This document shows, piece by piece, positions 44,904 to 57,150 of a stretch of 64,000 nucleotides of DNA; the first letter of the stretch is position 1, and each line of letters starts with the position of its first letter. A model generated the notes under the pieces. It ran no database searches. It saw only the letters and a list, made by a program, of their open reading frames with translations, and was not told the origin of the DNA. Both the position numbers and the translations under genes were made by a program. Source of the stretch: Schizochytrium sp. TIO01 (lineage: Eukaryota; Protista; Bigyra: Labyrinthulomycetes); NCBI GenBank assembly GCA_004764695.1, contig SMSO01000032.1, positions 5,240,483 through 5,304,482 of the forward strand, written 5' to 3'.

Positions 44904-47331
44904 AATATTCATATTTATGTATTTATTTATAAATAAATAAATAAATCGATGTGTTCTATGTGAAATTGATTTCTTTTGAACGAGACGGAGATCAGGCAAA
45001 AAAGCGACTTGAGAAACAATAGCTAAGAGCTACGGCGGATATGCGGATTGGCTGTTTCCTGGTCCGGCTATTGATCACCTCGGTACCTTTCGTAAGCCTT
45101 CTGAACAGTGGCACCCAAGCCGTTTTCATTCTTTCCCTTTCTGCTTTTTCATTTCCATTTTTCACATTTTATTTTATTTTTTAAATAAAAAATAATAATG
45201 GTGTTTGTATATTTCTCTGTTCTTATGTCATTCATATTTTAGTATGGAATAAAATAAAAAAAAATATACAAAGAAACAAAGAAACAAACTTGTAAGGTAC
45301 CGTACCTTGTAATGCCTATTTTTTTACAGTTGGCTCTGTTGCGATTGCTTTGTTCGAGTTTGTCTCTAAGTCGCAAATTCAATGGACCAAACGCCCAAAG
45401 GTTAGGAGCAGACAGGCAACAACCTCGTTTACTCATTGATTCATAGCGAGGTGATGCTTTTTTCGGTCGTTTCTCTCTCGTTCCATCATGTACGCGAGGT
45501 TTCTGCTGCTTATGTTTGAGTCGCTGCAAGCACAATCTCATGATCTTCTCCGGGTTGCATTACATTTCTTGCACACCTGTCAAAATTCCATAAACTGTCG
45601 AATTTCCACTTTGAGAGCTCTTTTCATCCACCGCCACAATATTTTGGAGCTCACACTGTTTTAGCGATGCATGGGTCATAACTATGCAAACACTGCATTC
45701 TTTTCTTCCCGGTCTCATTTTCTTGGTATAAATGGCTCATCTCGAAGGCATTTAGTCCATTTGACGTCTTGAGAGATCGAGGCGCTGCCTACTACGAAGC
45801 CAAAAAGAAGTTCACGAGCCTCGCTCCGAGACTGAATTTGCAAAACAATTCTACTCGAGATACTACGTTTGCTGTGAGTGACGGTGCCGATACCTTTGTA
45901 GAATTCTTCAAGCGCGAGATCGCGTTGAAGATAATTAGTTGTCCTCTGGGAGCTCGATTTGATGCTGCTGCTGATGATGATGATGATGATTTTCTCCTTG
46001 AATTCTGCAGTTCTCTAGCTAGAGCGACCGAAGGGCGGGAATGCAGTAATATGGAAGGCAGCGACGATCATTGTCTCTCCTTTCCTTTCCTTTCCTTTCC
46101 TTTTCTCGGACCCCGATCTTTCGATATTTGATGTATTGAAGTTTTTTGTTTTGTTTTTTCATTCTACGGTGCGATGAGAGTATTTCCATCTTCCATTTCA
46201 TTCCCAAAATACGATATATGTATTTAAAAATAAAAATAAAAATAAAAGTCAAGTTGATCATTAGATCTATAAATTGTTAATTAAAATAATACTATTGGTC
46301 TGTGTTAAAATTATACAGGGAAAATGTTATTTTTAAAATTTATTATTTTAATGTTAATTTGTTTTTTAAATAAACTAGGAGTGTTCGAAACTAATTTTAA
46401 ACTCTTGGAACAAAGTAGAAATGTACATAAACACGCATTACAGATCGTGAAACAATTACCTAACTTCAAGTATCAACAGGCTGCTTGAGAAAGAAAAAAG
46501 AAAAGAACTTGAAAGAGAGAGAATATAACTATTGCGACAATTGTTTATGGAGACTCTTTTTTGCCTTTTCTCATTCTCTCAATTCTCTTTCTCTTTCTCT
46601 TTCTCTGCGCCATTCGAGCAGCGGAGCGGGGAAGCAGACACGCAGACGCCCAGGTGCGTAGCCACGCAGCTACACAACCAGAACCACTGGGGCTTGAAGA
46701 CCAAGGGATTCCCAGAGCGCTGCTGAGAAACTGTGTATAAGCTAAAGCACGGCGCTGGATAGATTCAGCCTGGCATCGGCTTGTGGCGTCTTCATCGATA
46801 CAACTAGCATCAGCATATTTCGACTACTGACGAAGTTTTGCAGCTTTTACAAGGCCACAAAACCTGTTCTTGTGTACAAGAGCATCACATTGTTTGCAGG
46901 GGATCTTGGTAAGCTGCGAGTTCCACACCCGGGCCGAGCCGCCGTAGACCTTGTGGAGGGACGCAGTGGGACTTTTAGAGCAAAAACAACAGTGCTTCTC
47001 TTCTTTCATTACTTGGTGGTTACTGGCAGAATTCGTTTGCCAGAACAGAACTTCGCGTTGTTCGGCTGGCTAAGCTTGTGTTTACGACACTTGCAAACTT
47101 AGCCAGGAAAACCTTCGCCGAATTTGTGAAAGTAATCCGCGTCTTTATAGCCATAACAGTGGACCGAGTGTGCGTGAGTTAGAAAGCTTTCTCACACCAG
47201 TTTGCTGTTCACAGCACTCTACTTGACTCAGTACATTCTGCGCTGTATCGACGGCACGTCAACTTCAAAATTCTGTTTGAAGAGATCTTGTGAAAGACTT
47301 CACTCGCACAACCATACCAGCTCCACTAGCC

Positions 47332-48777
47332 ATGCACCCACAAGGCAGTACAGCTGTGAGCACGGCTACAGATCCTGCACATACGTTAAAAGCGCTTGAA
47401 CCTCTGTACGCAGAACTAAACAAGTCTGGAACCCCCGTCGTCACCAAGGATAGCGCAAAACAAGCATTCGCCCCGCCACCCACGACAACCCAAAACACTG
47501 TTAGTATTCCTACAACGCAAAAGGAGGCTAGCGAATTCGAAGAGGAAAAGTCTGCTAGCGGCGAAACCCCATCGTCTGCAGGAAGTGCAGCTGGAAACAA
47601 ACGCAAAGCGCCAGCCAAGAAGAAGCGAAAAGACTCTGGAGCACCAGATGGTGGTAATCCTGCTGGAAAGCGTAAGCGTTTTACCTGGTCCGACGATTTA
47701 CACAGGCAATTCATGGCTACAATTTTTGATATTGGACTCGCTAATGCCAAGCCTAAATCAATTCTTCAGAACATGCGCCACATCCCTACAAATCTCACCA
47801 CAGAACACATCAAGTCGCATCTACAAAAGTACCGCGCCAACTCAAAACGTACACAAGATCTTTTCCAACAGCAGTTCGAGATTGCCAAGCGGCAGGCTGA
47901 ACAGTATAGCGATGGCAAGGCACTAAACCCAGTCTTTCATGCCTACCCAATGCCCATTGGAAACTACCCTATTGGTGACGTAAGCTTTCTTGATGATGGT
48001 TCAAATGATGCTCCGAACTTACATACACAGTATGGCGGAGCTCCTTCAGGAGCTGGTCCTTACGGCAACCAGCACCAAGGTGTTCGCTCTGAGATGATGA
48101 ACCCTAGTGTCTACGCAAAGAATACCCCTCAAATGAACCCAATGATGACTCCTCATCAGCACCAGATGCAGCACCAACATCAAATGCAGCACCACCAGCA
48201 CCACCACCAGCAACAACGTTCACCACATGCACCTCTCGGAAGTGCGGCCATGTACAGTGGCCAAGGCATGTCTGGCTTTCATAGGCATGATTCCGATTCC
48301 ATGCAAAAGGGAGATGCGTCGAACGGAGTCGGATCAGCGAACGAGAACAACGATATGGTTTTTGAGCAAATGGAAGTGCAAATGCGCATTCATGCCCAAA
48401 TCCAGCAACAGCATGAAATTCAACAATCTGCTCGTATTTCCTCTTCTGCTAGAGCTGCAGATGGAAACCCCAATTATGGTCAACAACAACAACAACAGCA
48501 AAACCCCGCGGCGGCTTCCCCTCCTCAGCAACGTCACATGAATTCGGCAGCTATTCAGGGCGCAGGCCCAAGCGGAGGAAAGATGGCCCGCATGAACCAT
48601 GGTCTGCATGGTATGGATTCAGATCTCTTCACCAGCTTGGACCAAAACACGTTCCCGTCGCCGTTCCTTGGTGCTCTTCCACCTGAAAAGCCTCTCACAC
48701 CTCTGTCTTTGAACGATGCAGCCAAGATTGACGATGTCGACGGTTTAGAGGAAGATTTGTTTGATTTCCTACACTAA
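47332..48777 (+). CDS. GARP-type (SHAQKY-class) single-repeat Myb transcription factor
   Basis: KRKRFTWSDDLHRQFMATIFDIG...AKPKSIL...LTTEHIKSHLQKYR. Basic NLS KRKAPAKKKRK, Q/H-rich tracts, coiled segment QMEVQMRIHAQIQQQ and acidic-aromatic tail EEDLFDFLH. First ATG at 47332. Confidence 0.9.
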   Translation: MHPQGSTAVSTATDPAHTLKALEPLYAELNKSGTPVVTKDSAKQAFAPPPTTTQNTVSIPTTQKEASEFEEEKSASGETPSSAGSAAGNKRKAPAKKKRKDSGAPDGGNPAGKRKRFTWSDDLHRQFMATIFDIGLANAKPKSILQNMRHIPTNLTTEHIKSHLQKYRANSKRTQDLFQQQFEIAKRQAEQYSDGKALNPVFHAYPMPIGNYPIGDVSFLDDGSNDAPNLHTQYGGAPSGAGPYGNQHQGVRSEMMNPSVYAKNTPQMNPMMTPHQHQMQHQHQMQHHQHHHQQQRSPHAPLGSAAMYSGQGMSGFHRHDSDSMQKGDASNGVGSANENNDMVFEQMEVQMRIHAQIQQQHEIQQSARISSSARAADGNPNYGQQQQQQQNPAAASPPQQRHMNSAAIQGAGPSGGKMARMNHGLHGMDSDLFTSLDQNTFPSPFLGALPPEKPLTPLSLNDAAKIDDVDGLEEDLFDFLH

Positions 48778-49841
48778 ACGGAAAGAGCTTAGCTCACAAA
48801 ATATGGTTCTGGCATATGAAGGCACCCGCATCATCATTACCCCAACAACGTGAGCAACACACAAACCAGACCAATCTGAAATCCGAAAACACACAATAGG
48901 GAATCCAAGTGGGTGCGCCCTTTATCTTCTGTCAATGCTGCTACTTGTCCTAACGTACACTGTCCTGTGGAAATGTAACAATAAAACAATAGGCCTACAA
49001 CAAGCTTTTCTTGCAAGCAGCGTACCCTAGCATGTGGAGGTTGCGTAGTGAAAATCTGGAAAGGTTCTGTTCATGTGCATTATTGTTGCGTTTCCTGTTT
49101 GATATATAGAATATGTCCATCGTGGTAGTTTTTCTATCCACCTTTACTTTTCTTCCTTTGAAAAAAACACCATCCTATCTCCCCTTCGTAGTTTACTGTC
49201 TCTTACTTTTTTACTTTTTCTGAAATGAATTTTAACATCTTTGATAAATCCTTTCCAGTTATTCTTACGCGCTTGATTTTTTTCAAAGCGTTGAGTGCTA
49301 GAAACCTCGCTCCTCTGTCCCTACTCGATGGCTCGTTAGACAAAACTAATAAAAAATACTACCACGAGGCACACCGTATGGTTCTAAAATATGAACCGAA
49401 GATAACATGGTTCCTTTGGAAAACTATGATATATTTCAATTGATTTAAAATGTCTGCTTCAGTTTTCGGTGCGATGAAAACTCAACGGAGGACATACACT
49501 AATAAGGTGAATTGTTCCTTAATTCACGACTTTCTGCAGCTTATAGTAGGAAGCCGAATAGACAAATAACAACCGCAGCAGCTCGTCTTCGAAAGATCCA
49601 AGATGCCTACTTTCAGACTGCAGCATCACTAAAAAGCTATGAATCTTCGACAAATTACTTGCAATAGTATTTTCATTGGCTGTGTGCATTTGTTCTCTTT
49701 TATAAACTCTAGTAGTTTAGTTGCAAGATTGCTACGCAAATATACCTGTTCAAATAAGATCTTTCTAAAGACTGGTACCAAATGCGTAATGGCTGGTGCA
49801 GGAAATCTTTTCAAAGTTACCCATAAAAGTGCTTACATTAT

Positions 49842-51674
49842 TTAAGATAGTTCTACAACATGTTGATAGCCATCGCGGTTCCGACGCGGTGGTGCCTCCT
49901 CATCGCCAGACTCATCCGCTTGACGGAAGCTTGATCGACGATTTCCGAAACGGGCTTCGCCAGCCTCACCAGCCATGCCATCAGCATCAAGACGAACGTA
50001 TTCGCCCACAATGTTACGGACATCCTCGTGAAACTCAGCACGCATACGCGCATTCTCACGTTTACGGTAAAATGCAAAGCCACCAACAAGCAACCCAACA
50101 ACAAAAATAAGCGAGAACAAAAGAGTGCCCATAGAAACGCCGTTACTGCTTGAAGTTGTAGACGCCGAAGATGAAGTGGAGTCACCAGATTTGGCACTTT
50201 CAGGAGCATATTGTAAGCAGGTTTCCACAAGGGCCGCATCAACGTAAAGACCCACATCTGTACTTTCCACACATGGGCAGAACTCAGGAAGAGCACTATC
50301 CTTGAAACCGGCACAAAGGGCAACTAAAATATCTTTGAGGTTGGAGCCAAACTCAATCATCTTTCCATTAACAATGACCGTGGGCAATCGAATGATCTCC
50401 ATGTTGCTGCGCTTAGCAAGCTCTGCTTCCATAATGCTGTTTGCACCATCATTGTCCCCGTAGCCACCACTCTGAGTAATACAAGCAAGAGTTTTGCTCA
50501 TGTCAAGACCCATGTCTTGATGAACCTGCTTGGAGCAAGATTCTTTATACGGGTTTTCCTGATCTTCATCCTCACCAGTGCAGTTAGAAGCAAAACGCGA
50601 GATATACTCCCACCACTTTTGCTCACCTGCACTTTTACTAGACTCTGCCGCATCAGTTACAAGAATCTTCCAGAGACAAAGTTGGCGAAGGTTCTCACGA
50701 GAAATATCTGCACCACTGATTCGACCTATGCCAAGACCATCCGGGTCATAATGACAGTAGCGACCACCATTGTGGCATGCATCAAAACAATGTGACTCAC
50801 CATTTGAAGACAGACACCCGAGCGTAGATCCATCATAGACAAACATATGAGGGGTAAACGAGGTCTTGGGTTCCAAGAGTGGACTGACATTTTCGTACCA
50901 GAGCTGTTTGGTAAAGATATCAGCATTGAGAATAGAGCTCATCCAGATCTCGTATTCAACCTTACTTGCCTGTGGGAGATTCCATTTAAGGTCGATCAGG
51001 ACCTTCTGATCAGTGGGGTGCGAGTTGACAGCACAATTTACATCAGTAATAAAGCTTCCAGTAGTGAGTTTGGTTAGGGAACCGGGTGTAAGGCTTTTCT
51101 GTTGCTCGAGACACTCTAATAACCGTAAACCATCCCAACGGGAGATAATCATACTGGGGATATGTACATTGTGGTTTACACCACCCATGTAGCTGAGGGC
51201 GTCTATGCCAGCGCAGTTACCATTGTTGCAAAGAGTTTTGCAGTGCTTCACAAACGCAGAGGTGGTCGTGCTGGCTACCATGTTAGACTTGAGACACTTG
51301 TTCTCAACCACGATGAGACCCTTAGCTCCCACCAAATCCTGAGCGTACACTGCTTCTTGCACAAAACGGCACTGAGACCAACCCATTAGGAGCAACACCT
51401 CGTCACTAGCCGTATCAGAATCAGGAAGCTCGACAGGACAAGGAGATGTCGAGGTTGAATTGGATCCTTGAACTAAAGGTGTAATTTTTGCAATCTCTTG
51501 ATTATGCACACCGAAGTTAGCGCTGCCAAAAAGCGCACTCCGGTGCACGATATCGCCCTGGAGCGTCGATGGGTAGATGACCTTGAGTTCACTAGCACTG
51601 TTCTGAGCGTTCGCAGAGCAAAGCGAAACAAGTAGGATCGCTGTAGCAAGCGCAGAGCTCTTCATATTGACCAT
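49842..51674 (-). CDS. Plant-type vacuolar sorting receptor (VSR/BP-80) homolog
   Basis: Signal peptide, HRSALFG plus PA domain (CRFVQEAVYAQ...IPSMIISR), VSR central domain (VEYEIW, FTPH, CHNGGRYCHYDPD, SGADISRENLRQLCLW, WWEY, LPTVIVNG, ALCAGF), one TM helix and cytosolic IVGEYVRLD (YxxL). Confidence 0.88.
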   Translation of the reverse strand: MVNMKSSALATAILLVSLCSANAQNSASELKVIYPSTLQGDIVHRSALFGSANFGVHNQEIAKITPLVQGSNSTSTSPCPVELPDSDTASDEVLLLMGWSQCRFVQEAVYAQDLVGAKGLIVVENKCLKSNMVASTTTSAFVKHCKTLCNNGNCAGIDALSYMGGVNHNVHIPSMIISRWDGLRLLECLEQQKSLTPGSLTKLTTGSFITDVNCAVNSHPTDQKVLIDLKWNLPQASKVEYEIWMSSILNADIFTKQLWYENVSPLLEPKTSFTPHMFVYDGSTLGCLSSNGESHCFDACHNGGRYCHYDPDGLGIGRISGADISRENLRQLCLWKILVTDAAESSKSAGEQKWWEYISRFASNCTGEDEDQENPYKESCSKQVHQDMGLDMSKTLACITQSGGYGDNDGANSIMEAELAKRSNMEIIRLPTVIVNGKMIEFGSNLKDILVALCAGFKDSALPEFCPCVESTDVGLYVDAALVETCLQYAPESAKSGDSTSSSASTTSSSNGVSMGTLLFSLIFVVGLLVGGFAFYRKRENARMRAEFHEDVRNIVGEYVRLDADGMAGEAGEARFGNRRSSFRQADESGDEEAPPRRNRDGYQHVVELS

Positions 51675-53164
51675 GATGTTTTGATTACGAGCAAATTTAG
51701 AAACAGGTTTACTACGATTCTTTTCGAAACAAAATGCTAAATTGACGAATGAACCTATTTAGTCAACTGACAGGCAATTTCTTATTCTTCTTCCCCGTTT
51801 AGAGATGACGTTAAGATCGGGATGTACCTCCGCACCCAATTCTTTGTGCTTCTCGCCGCAGGCTGCTCCCGTTCAACGACTGGTCGAAGCCCTATCTAAG
51901 CTATGGGCTCTTTCTCTATCTTGTACTCGTCTATCTTGCTTTCCGAATCTTCGCTCCTTACGCAGACGTCAACTGAGTAGGATAAGCAGAGCAGAGCTCG
52001 TCAGCTGCCTACACGGGTCACCAACAAAGACCAGGACGCGGTTCTGCAACCGTACACCCCGCAACCACAGGTTGCTGCCTAAGCCTATCGGACTCGCGCG
52101 GACTGCGATCGCGGACTGCTTTGTTCTGAGCATTCGCTCACTCTTCTAAATGATTCTTCTCTTTCTCATTATCTCAAGTTCTATGCCAGATCCCTAAAGT
52201 ATCCGCTAACCAGTTCTAGTACTCTCATTCTTATTCACGAAAGCGCAAAGAGAAACTAAAGTTACTACCGAATAGGTAGGTACTCGTACCGCTAGTTTCT
52301 CGCTGTGGCATTCTGCAATTGCTGTCGTGGGCCCCAATGCAAGAAGCTGACTAGTGAGCGGTGTGGCTTCCGCTCCTTGTTCTGGTCTATGCGCTCCCTC
52401 TTAGGCTGCTGGATTGCCTCTGCATCGTGGTTCATGCATTGTTCCACAAGGTTGCAGGCCAAGTAGTTTATTTAGTATATTTTGGACGATGATACCCGTC
52501 ATCTTCTACTTCTATAGTAAACCGTATACTTTCGTGCCTAGTGATCTGTCGAGGACGATTTTAGTACGAATCAAAATACAAAATACAAAAGCCTGAGAGC
52601 CTAGTACGCACCTAATTGAATCAGTAGAACTTCTACCGTACTAAGGGAAAGGTTTAGCTGGACACTAGTATGAAAGCGTAGTATACGATAGGAATTCTAA
52701 ATAGGCAAAACTATTGGTTTAATTAAAAATGAAATAAAAGTGTTTTAAAAGTGTTTTAAATTAAAATTAACCAAAACATTTATCCCAACTATCTATAGAT
52801 TGTGCGAGTAAAACATCGCAGCAACAGTTGCGATCTGCACACCATTATATATAACGTACAAAGTAGGCAAAGCGTAACCTATCTCCATTAAACCAATGCA
52901 CTGCATTCAAGAGCCTCGGCTTAGTCGGACTTCAGCATCTGATCTCCAACGCGGCTTACCTTTAGAGAGGGAGTTCACAACAAAAACGAAGAAACAGATG
53001 CGCCCTTCTACCACAAACCCTAAGAGGTCTAGCTAGCTAATAAAAATACTTGTGCTAATGTAATTATCATAGAACAATAAACAATCGATGAATTGAATTG
53101 GTTAAGAGGATTGAGGTTCGACTAAAGTTTCTAATAGGTCTGATATATAGGCAGTAAATATTGT

Positions 53165-53560
53165 TCATTGATCTTTGATTTTTGACTCGAAGACGACTCC
53201 GCTCCGACCCAGCGCAGCTTCCTCCACATTGGCCAAAGCTAAAGCTGAAGGCCCTGGCCATTGCAAGCTCGACTGGCATCCGGTACGTGCAACCCTGGTT
53301 GTAAGCAGTGTGCGTAACGGGTTGCTTGCGCACGTGCTTCCTCTAGAGTTGGTACTCATCGGTTGTGGCGAAAGCCCAATTGGAGCGCAACTTGGACGAC
53401 GGGAACAGAGCGAAACTTGCAGGAAAGGCCAACTGCAAGCTCTGAATAAAACGGAAGAAGGCGCCTTTGTCGCGTGCTGCCACGTGTGATGAAAGGCCGA
53501 GGGCGACACTGATTGGTTTACTTCTGAGGCCCTTGTGTCTAACTTTCAGAAGGATCACAA
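53165..53560 (-). pseudogene. Decayed coding fragment
   Basis: ORFs 53343..53558 and 53067..53333 are in the same frame, separated by one TAG (WAFATTDEYQL*RKHVRKQPVTH). C-ending codon bias resembles the intact genes. Confidence 0.3.
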
Positions 53561-54070
53561 GAGGGAACGAGATCCAAATCTCGAAGAATATATATTAAAG
53601 AAAACACACAAAAACTAGAATTTAGTGAACCACGCAAAGCATAATCACGCCAAAGGTATTGGCTATCAATCATTACACTGGATAGTGTTAAGCTAAGGCA
53701 GACCTTTTCTTTGATTGGCATCCTGCTCCTTCTACTTTGAGCACATTTATAGTCATTGTAATTGATTAGTGTGAGGAGAACTTGAAGAGAAAGGACAGAG
53801 CACGGAGGATTTCCTGTAATTTCTTCAGTTCCAAGTTGCCATTGCCTAAGTTTAAAACAAAACAAAAAGGTTGGCCTGACTTACTGAATTTCTGCGTTCG
53901 CTTCATTTTTGTTTTTCTTCGCCGGTGTTTAAAAAAAAATTGGAGTTGGGAGAAATCCACATCAGCTTTGGGGTATTTATTATTCCCTGGGCAAAATTGG
54001 ATATCCTCATTTTTCTTTATTTTGACTATTAAAGATTTGCAAAGGTAAAATCTGCGACAAGCCAAAGAGC

Positions 54071-55672
54071 ATGCACGAAAACATAACTTGGAGTGGCAGT
54101 CGCCAGCATGCACGGAGGAAAATATGGCTTGAGCGAGAGCTTACGAGAAGATCTGTGCGCGATACAGCAGCTCTGGCAATTCTGGCACTGTTTGCACTTT
54201 CTATAGGACACCCTTTGGTGATGGGAACATCATCACCATGGTACGTAGTGACTGCGGAATTAGCAGGGCTCATAGCGGTTGCAGCTCTTCTTATGAAAGG
54301 CATGGGATACCTCGCTGAGCCATACATCTATCGGCACGAAGCTGCTGGCCCACCATCTCGCTCAAGAGTTCCACAGAGGCTTACAATTCTTGCCCTTGGA
54401 ACCCGTGGTGATGTTGAGCCTTGTCTTGTTCTTGCAGCTGGGATACAAGAGCGACCTGGCATGGAGAATTTGCAAGTTGTAGTCTGCGGTCCAGCAATGT
54501 ACCAATGTCTTGCAGAACAATATGAAGTGGAGTACCGATCCTGTGGTGTAGATAGACTTGAAGTAACCGCAGCCTGGGCGCAAGCAAAAAACTTGCAAGA
54601 CTTTATTGTTCACGCAGCAGAAGCATACAGTGAGAAGTTCCAGGATATTGCAGATGCATTTTGGACTGTATGCTGTGAAAACCAAACTGATATTGTTGTA
54701 GCAAGTACATTCGCTGTCCACTTCGGCATCCACATCGCGGAGGCACTCAGCTGTCCGTTTTGGGCGCTCAAGTATGCGCCAGAAACACCCTCGGCCCAGA
54801 GCCCTCCGTTTGGGTGCACAACTTGGAAGACATTCCCTTTTAACTTGGGCATTGTTAACAAGAGCCGGCACTGGGCTCGTCTAATCATGGCGGTTCTGGC
54901 ATCTCAGAAGGTCAACTTTAGCGATAAGCAAAATAAGTTCCGAGAAGACAAGCTTCAACTGCCGGATATGTCTCTTGATATTCTCGAGCGTCTGGGATCA
55001 AAGCTGCATGTACTTTATGCCTATAGCCCAGCCTTGGTGAAGAGACCGGACGATTGGCCCAAAACCCATTACGTGACCGGATTTCTTCTTGATCAGCCTC
55101 GTGAGCTTTCACCTGCAGAAAAGAAATCGCTCACTCAGATTCGAGCCTTTGTCCAGCAGTCTAAGCAGCCACCCATTTGCGTATGCTTTGGAAGCATGCA
55201 CACAGCAACAGATGTTCATATCCTACAGACATGTGTTGAAGCAAGCAAGCTGGTAGGTCGACAGTGTATCATCGTTTCCTCGGTTCGCCTTGCAGAATAT
55301 GAGGCGGATCCTAAAGTCTTATGCGTCAGTGAAGTTCCGCATGACCATCTTTTCAGTTTGTGTCAGTGTGTCATTCACCACGGAGGAGCCGGAACAACAG
55401 CTCGCGCCTTGGTGCATGGGCTCCCTACTTTGATAATTCCTGTGTTGCAGTTTTACGATCAAGTAGGTTGGGCGATAAGTGTAGAGAATCAAGGTGCGGG
55501 GATTCATGTGCCAGCAAATAAGGTTTTTTTAGAGATCATCCAAAATTCTTTAATCAAATTACTCGACCCCGCGCAGGGCTACAAATCTCGGGCGGAACAG
55601 CTAGGGCGGCAATTCCACAACGAAGACGGCGTTGCCTTAGCCATACAATGCTTGTTTGGCTACTCAAGCTAG
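54071..55672 (+). CDS. UDP-glycosyltransferase, GT1 sterol 3-beta-glucosyltransferase-like, with two N-terminal TM helices
   Basis: ILALGTRGDVEP, HIAEALSCP, YAYSPALVKRPDDW...VTGF, CVCFGSM, VPHDHLF, IHHGGAGTT, PTLIIP...DQVGW. Confidence 0.88.
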   Translation: MHENITWSGSRQHARRKIWLERELTRRSVRDTAALAILALFALSIGHPLVMGTSSPWYVVTAELAGLIAVAALLMKGMGYLAEPYIYRHEAAGPPSRSRVPQRLTILALGTRGDVEPCLVLAAGIQERPGMENLQVVVCGPAMYQCLAEQYEVEYRSCGVDRLEVTAAWAQAKNLQDFIVHAAEAYSEKFQDIADAFWTVCCENQTDIVVASTFAVHFGIHIAEALSCPFWALKYAPETPSAQSPPFGCTTWKTFPFNLGIVNKSRHWARLIMAVLASQKVNFSDKQNKFREDKLQLPDMSLDILERLGSKLHVLYAYSPALVKRPDDWPKTHYVTGFLLDQPRELSPAEKKSLTQIRAFVQQSKQPPICVCFGSMHTATDVHILQTCVEASKLVGRQCIIVSSVRLAEYEADPKVLCVSEVPHDHLFSLCQCVIHHGGAGTTARALVHGLPTLIIPVLQFYDQVGWAISVENQGAGIHVPANKVFLEIIQNSLIKLLDPAQGYKSRAEQLGRQFHNEDGVALAIQCLFGYSS

Positions 55673-56076
55673 GTTGGACGGGCATGGTGACAGAGCAAAA
55701 CTGCAATCAGTTCTTTTTAATAGAACCAATCTTCCGCAGCCAGTTTTGTGCAAGACAGTCTATTCACAGTGTAACGATATTCCTCATCGTTTCAATATCT
55801 TCATTACATTTGGAGGTGAAAGGGTGACATCTCTACTTTCAAATTTGTTTTCTTCTTTCATGCTAGCAGTAATTTTTCGGTAAAATATTTAACAGTGTCT
55901 CTCATGGAGTTTGGCCTCTTACATTGCTATGGTGTAACCCAAGCTTTAATTGACCTTGAAAAAAACAGCACTTTCACAAAGCACAAAAATGTAATACTTG
56001 TATTGCCACACAGCAACAGATTTAAAGAGCCTTCGCATTTTCAGACATTGTGTTATAAAAAATCAAAAGATGCGAG

Positions 56077-57150
56077 TCACATCGCTTGGCGGGGTACTCC
56101 AATAGAGGCCTCATATTGCGAGATGAACTCGTCAAGCTGCTCGGTGTGTCCTCCCGTGGCAAGTCCTTTAGGGAGAGACTCAGGTCTTACGAGGTCAAAA
56201 ATGAGGATAATGCGCTCTTCGTCTGAGCCGTTAAAAGCCTTGTGCATCTTACTGTCATCAAAGACAAGAACGTCTCTTTCCTTATGGGGTTGGATCTCGC
56301 CTTCGACCCACATGCCGCAGCTGTTAGAGAATTTTTCCGTATTCGGCAAGACCAGAGGAAGGTGGCAGCGCAGCACATAATTAGCTAGATCTGCCCAGCC
56401 CTGGTGCGAGGAGAGTCGAGTACGTGGCCCAAGCCTTGAGAATAGCACAGTGCGCAAGCCGGGGATTTTATTCAAAAGACTCATTGTTTTAGGGCACGCG
56501 AGGCAGTTGCCTTCAATGAGCTTGGTCCTCTTGGAATCCCACGCTGGAAATGTATGCATGAGCGGGATCACTTTCCAGTCACCATTTTGATCATTCGCAG
56601 AGTACAGCTTATACTCGGGCCACGGACACCACCTTCCGCTCGTAAGAGTCTTCATTTCTTCGACAATATCATCGTAGTTGTCAATAAGGCCTTGGATCTC
56701 AGGGAAATACTCGCGCCAATCGTAGTATCTAGGCGCTACTTCATCCTCCTCGTCTGAGGAGATATCGCTGTCACTGAGCTCGTCCTCTTGCACATTCACA
56801 TTTTGAAGATCTGGATATTCAGTGGCCTCGGAGCTCGAGATTGTCGATGCGATCTTACCAACAGACGAAGAAGCCGCTCCTGCAGTGCTCCCGTCAGGGC
56901 CCTGCTGTGAATGGTCGCTCTTGTTTTTTTTGTTAGGCGAGGTAGTCTCATTAGACTTTGGCAAGCCGGCACTCAGCTGCAATTGGGCAAGGTACTCGAT
57001 GTAGGCAGCATACTCTTCGTCGTCCTCGTCAAAGTCTTCATGGTCCTCGAGGTCGCTACCGCCGACCCACTCCTCGTTGATCTGGCCGTCCCTGTAGATC
57101 CATTCTCCCCCATCCTCAGCGCTGGCTCCAGCCTGACTATTAAACTCCAT
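56077..57150 (-). CDS. Aspartyl/asparaginyl beta-hydroxylase-domain (AspH/LpxO-like) Fe(II)/2-oxoglutarate dioxygenase with acidic N-terminus
   Basis: WKVIPL, CPKTMSLL..IP, FSRLGPRTRLSSHQG, LRCHLPL, VFDDSKMHKAFNGSDEERIILIFD. First ATG at 57150. Confidence 0.87.
   Translation of the reverse strand: MEFNSQAGASAEDGGEWIYRDGQINEEWVGGSDLEDHEDFDEDDEEYAAYIEYLAQLQLSAGLPKSNETTSPNKKNKSDHSQQGPDGSTAGAASSSVGKIASTISSSEATEYPDLQNVNVQEDELSDSDISSDEEDEVAPRYYDWREYFPEIQGLIDNYDDIVEEMKTLTSGRWCPWPEYKLYSANDQNGDWKVIPLMHTFPAWDSKRTKLIEGNCLACPKTMSLLNKIPGLRTVLFSRLGPRTRLSSHQGWADLANYVLRCHLPLVLPNTEKFSNSCGMWVEGEIQPHKERDVLVFDDSKMHKAFNGSDEERIILIFDLVRPESLPKGLATGGHTEQLDEFISQYEASIGVPRQAM

Noticed and set aside
53175-53489. WD40-like LDWHPVRATLVVSS on the + strand
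   Set aside because: Single isolated motif; codon bias favours the opposite strand.
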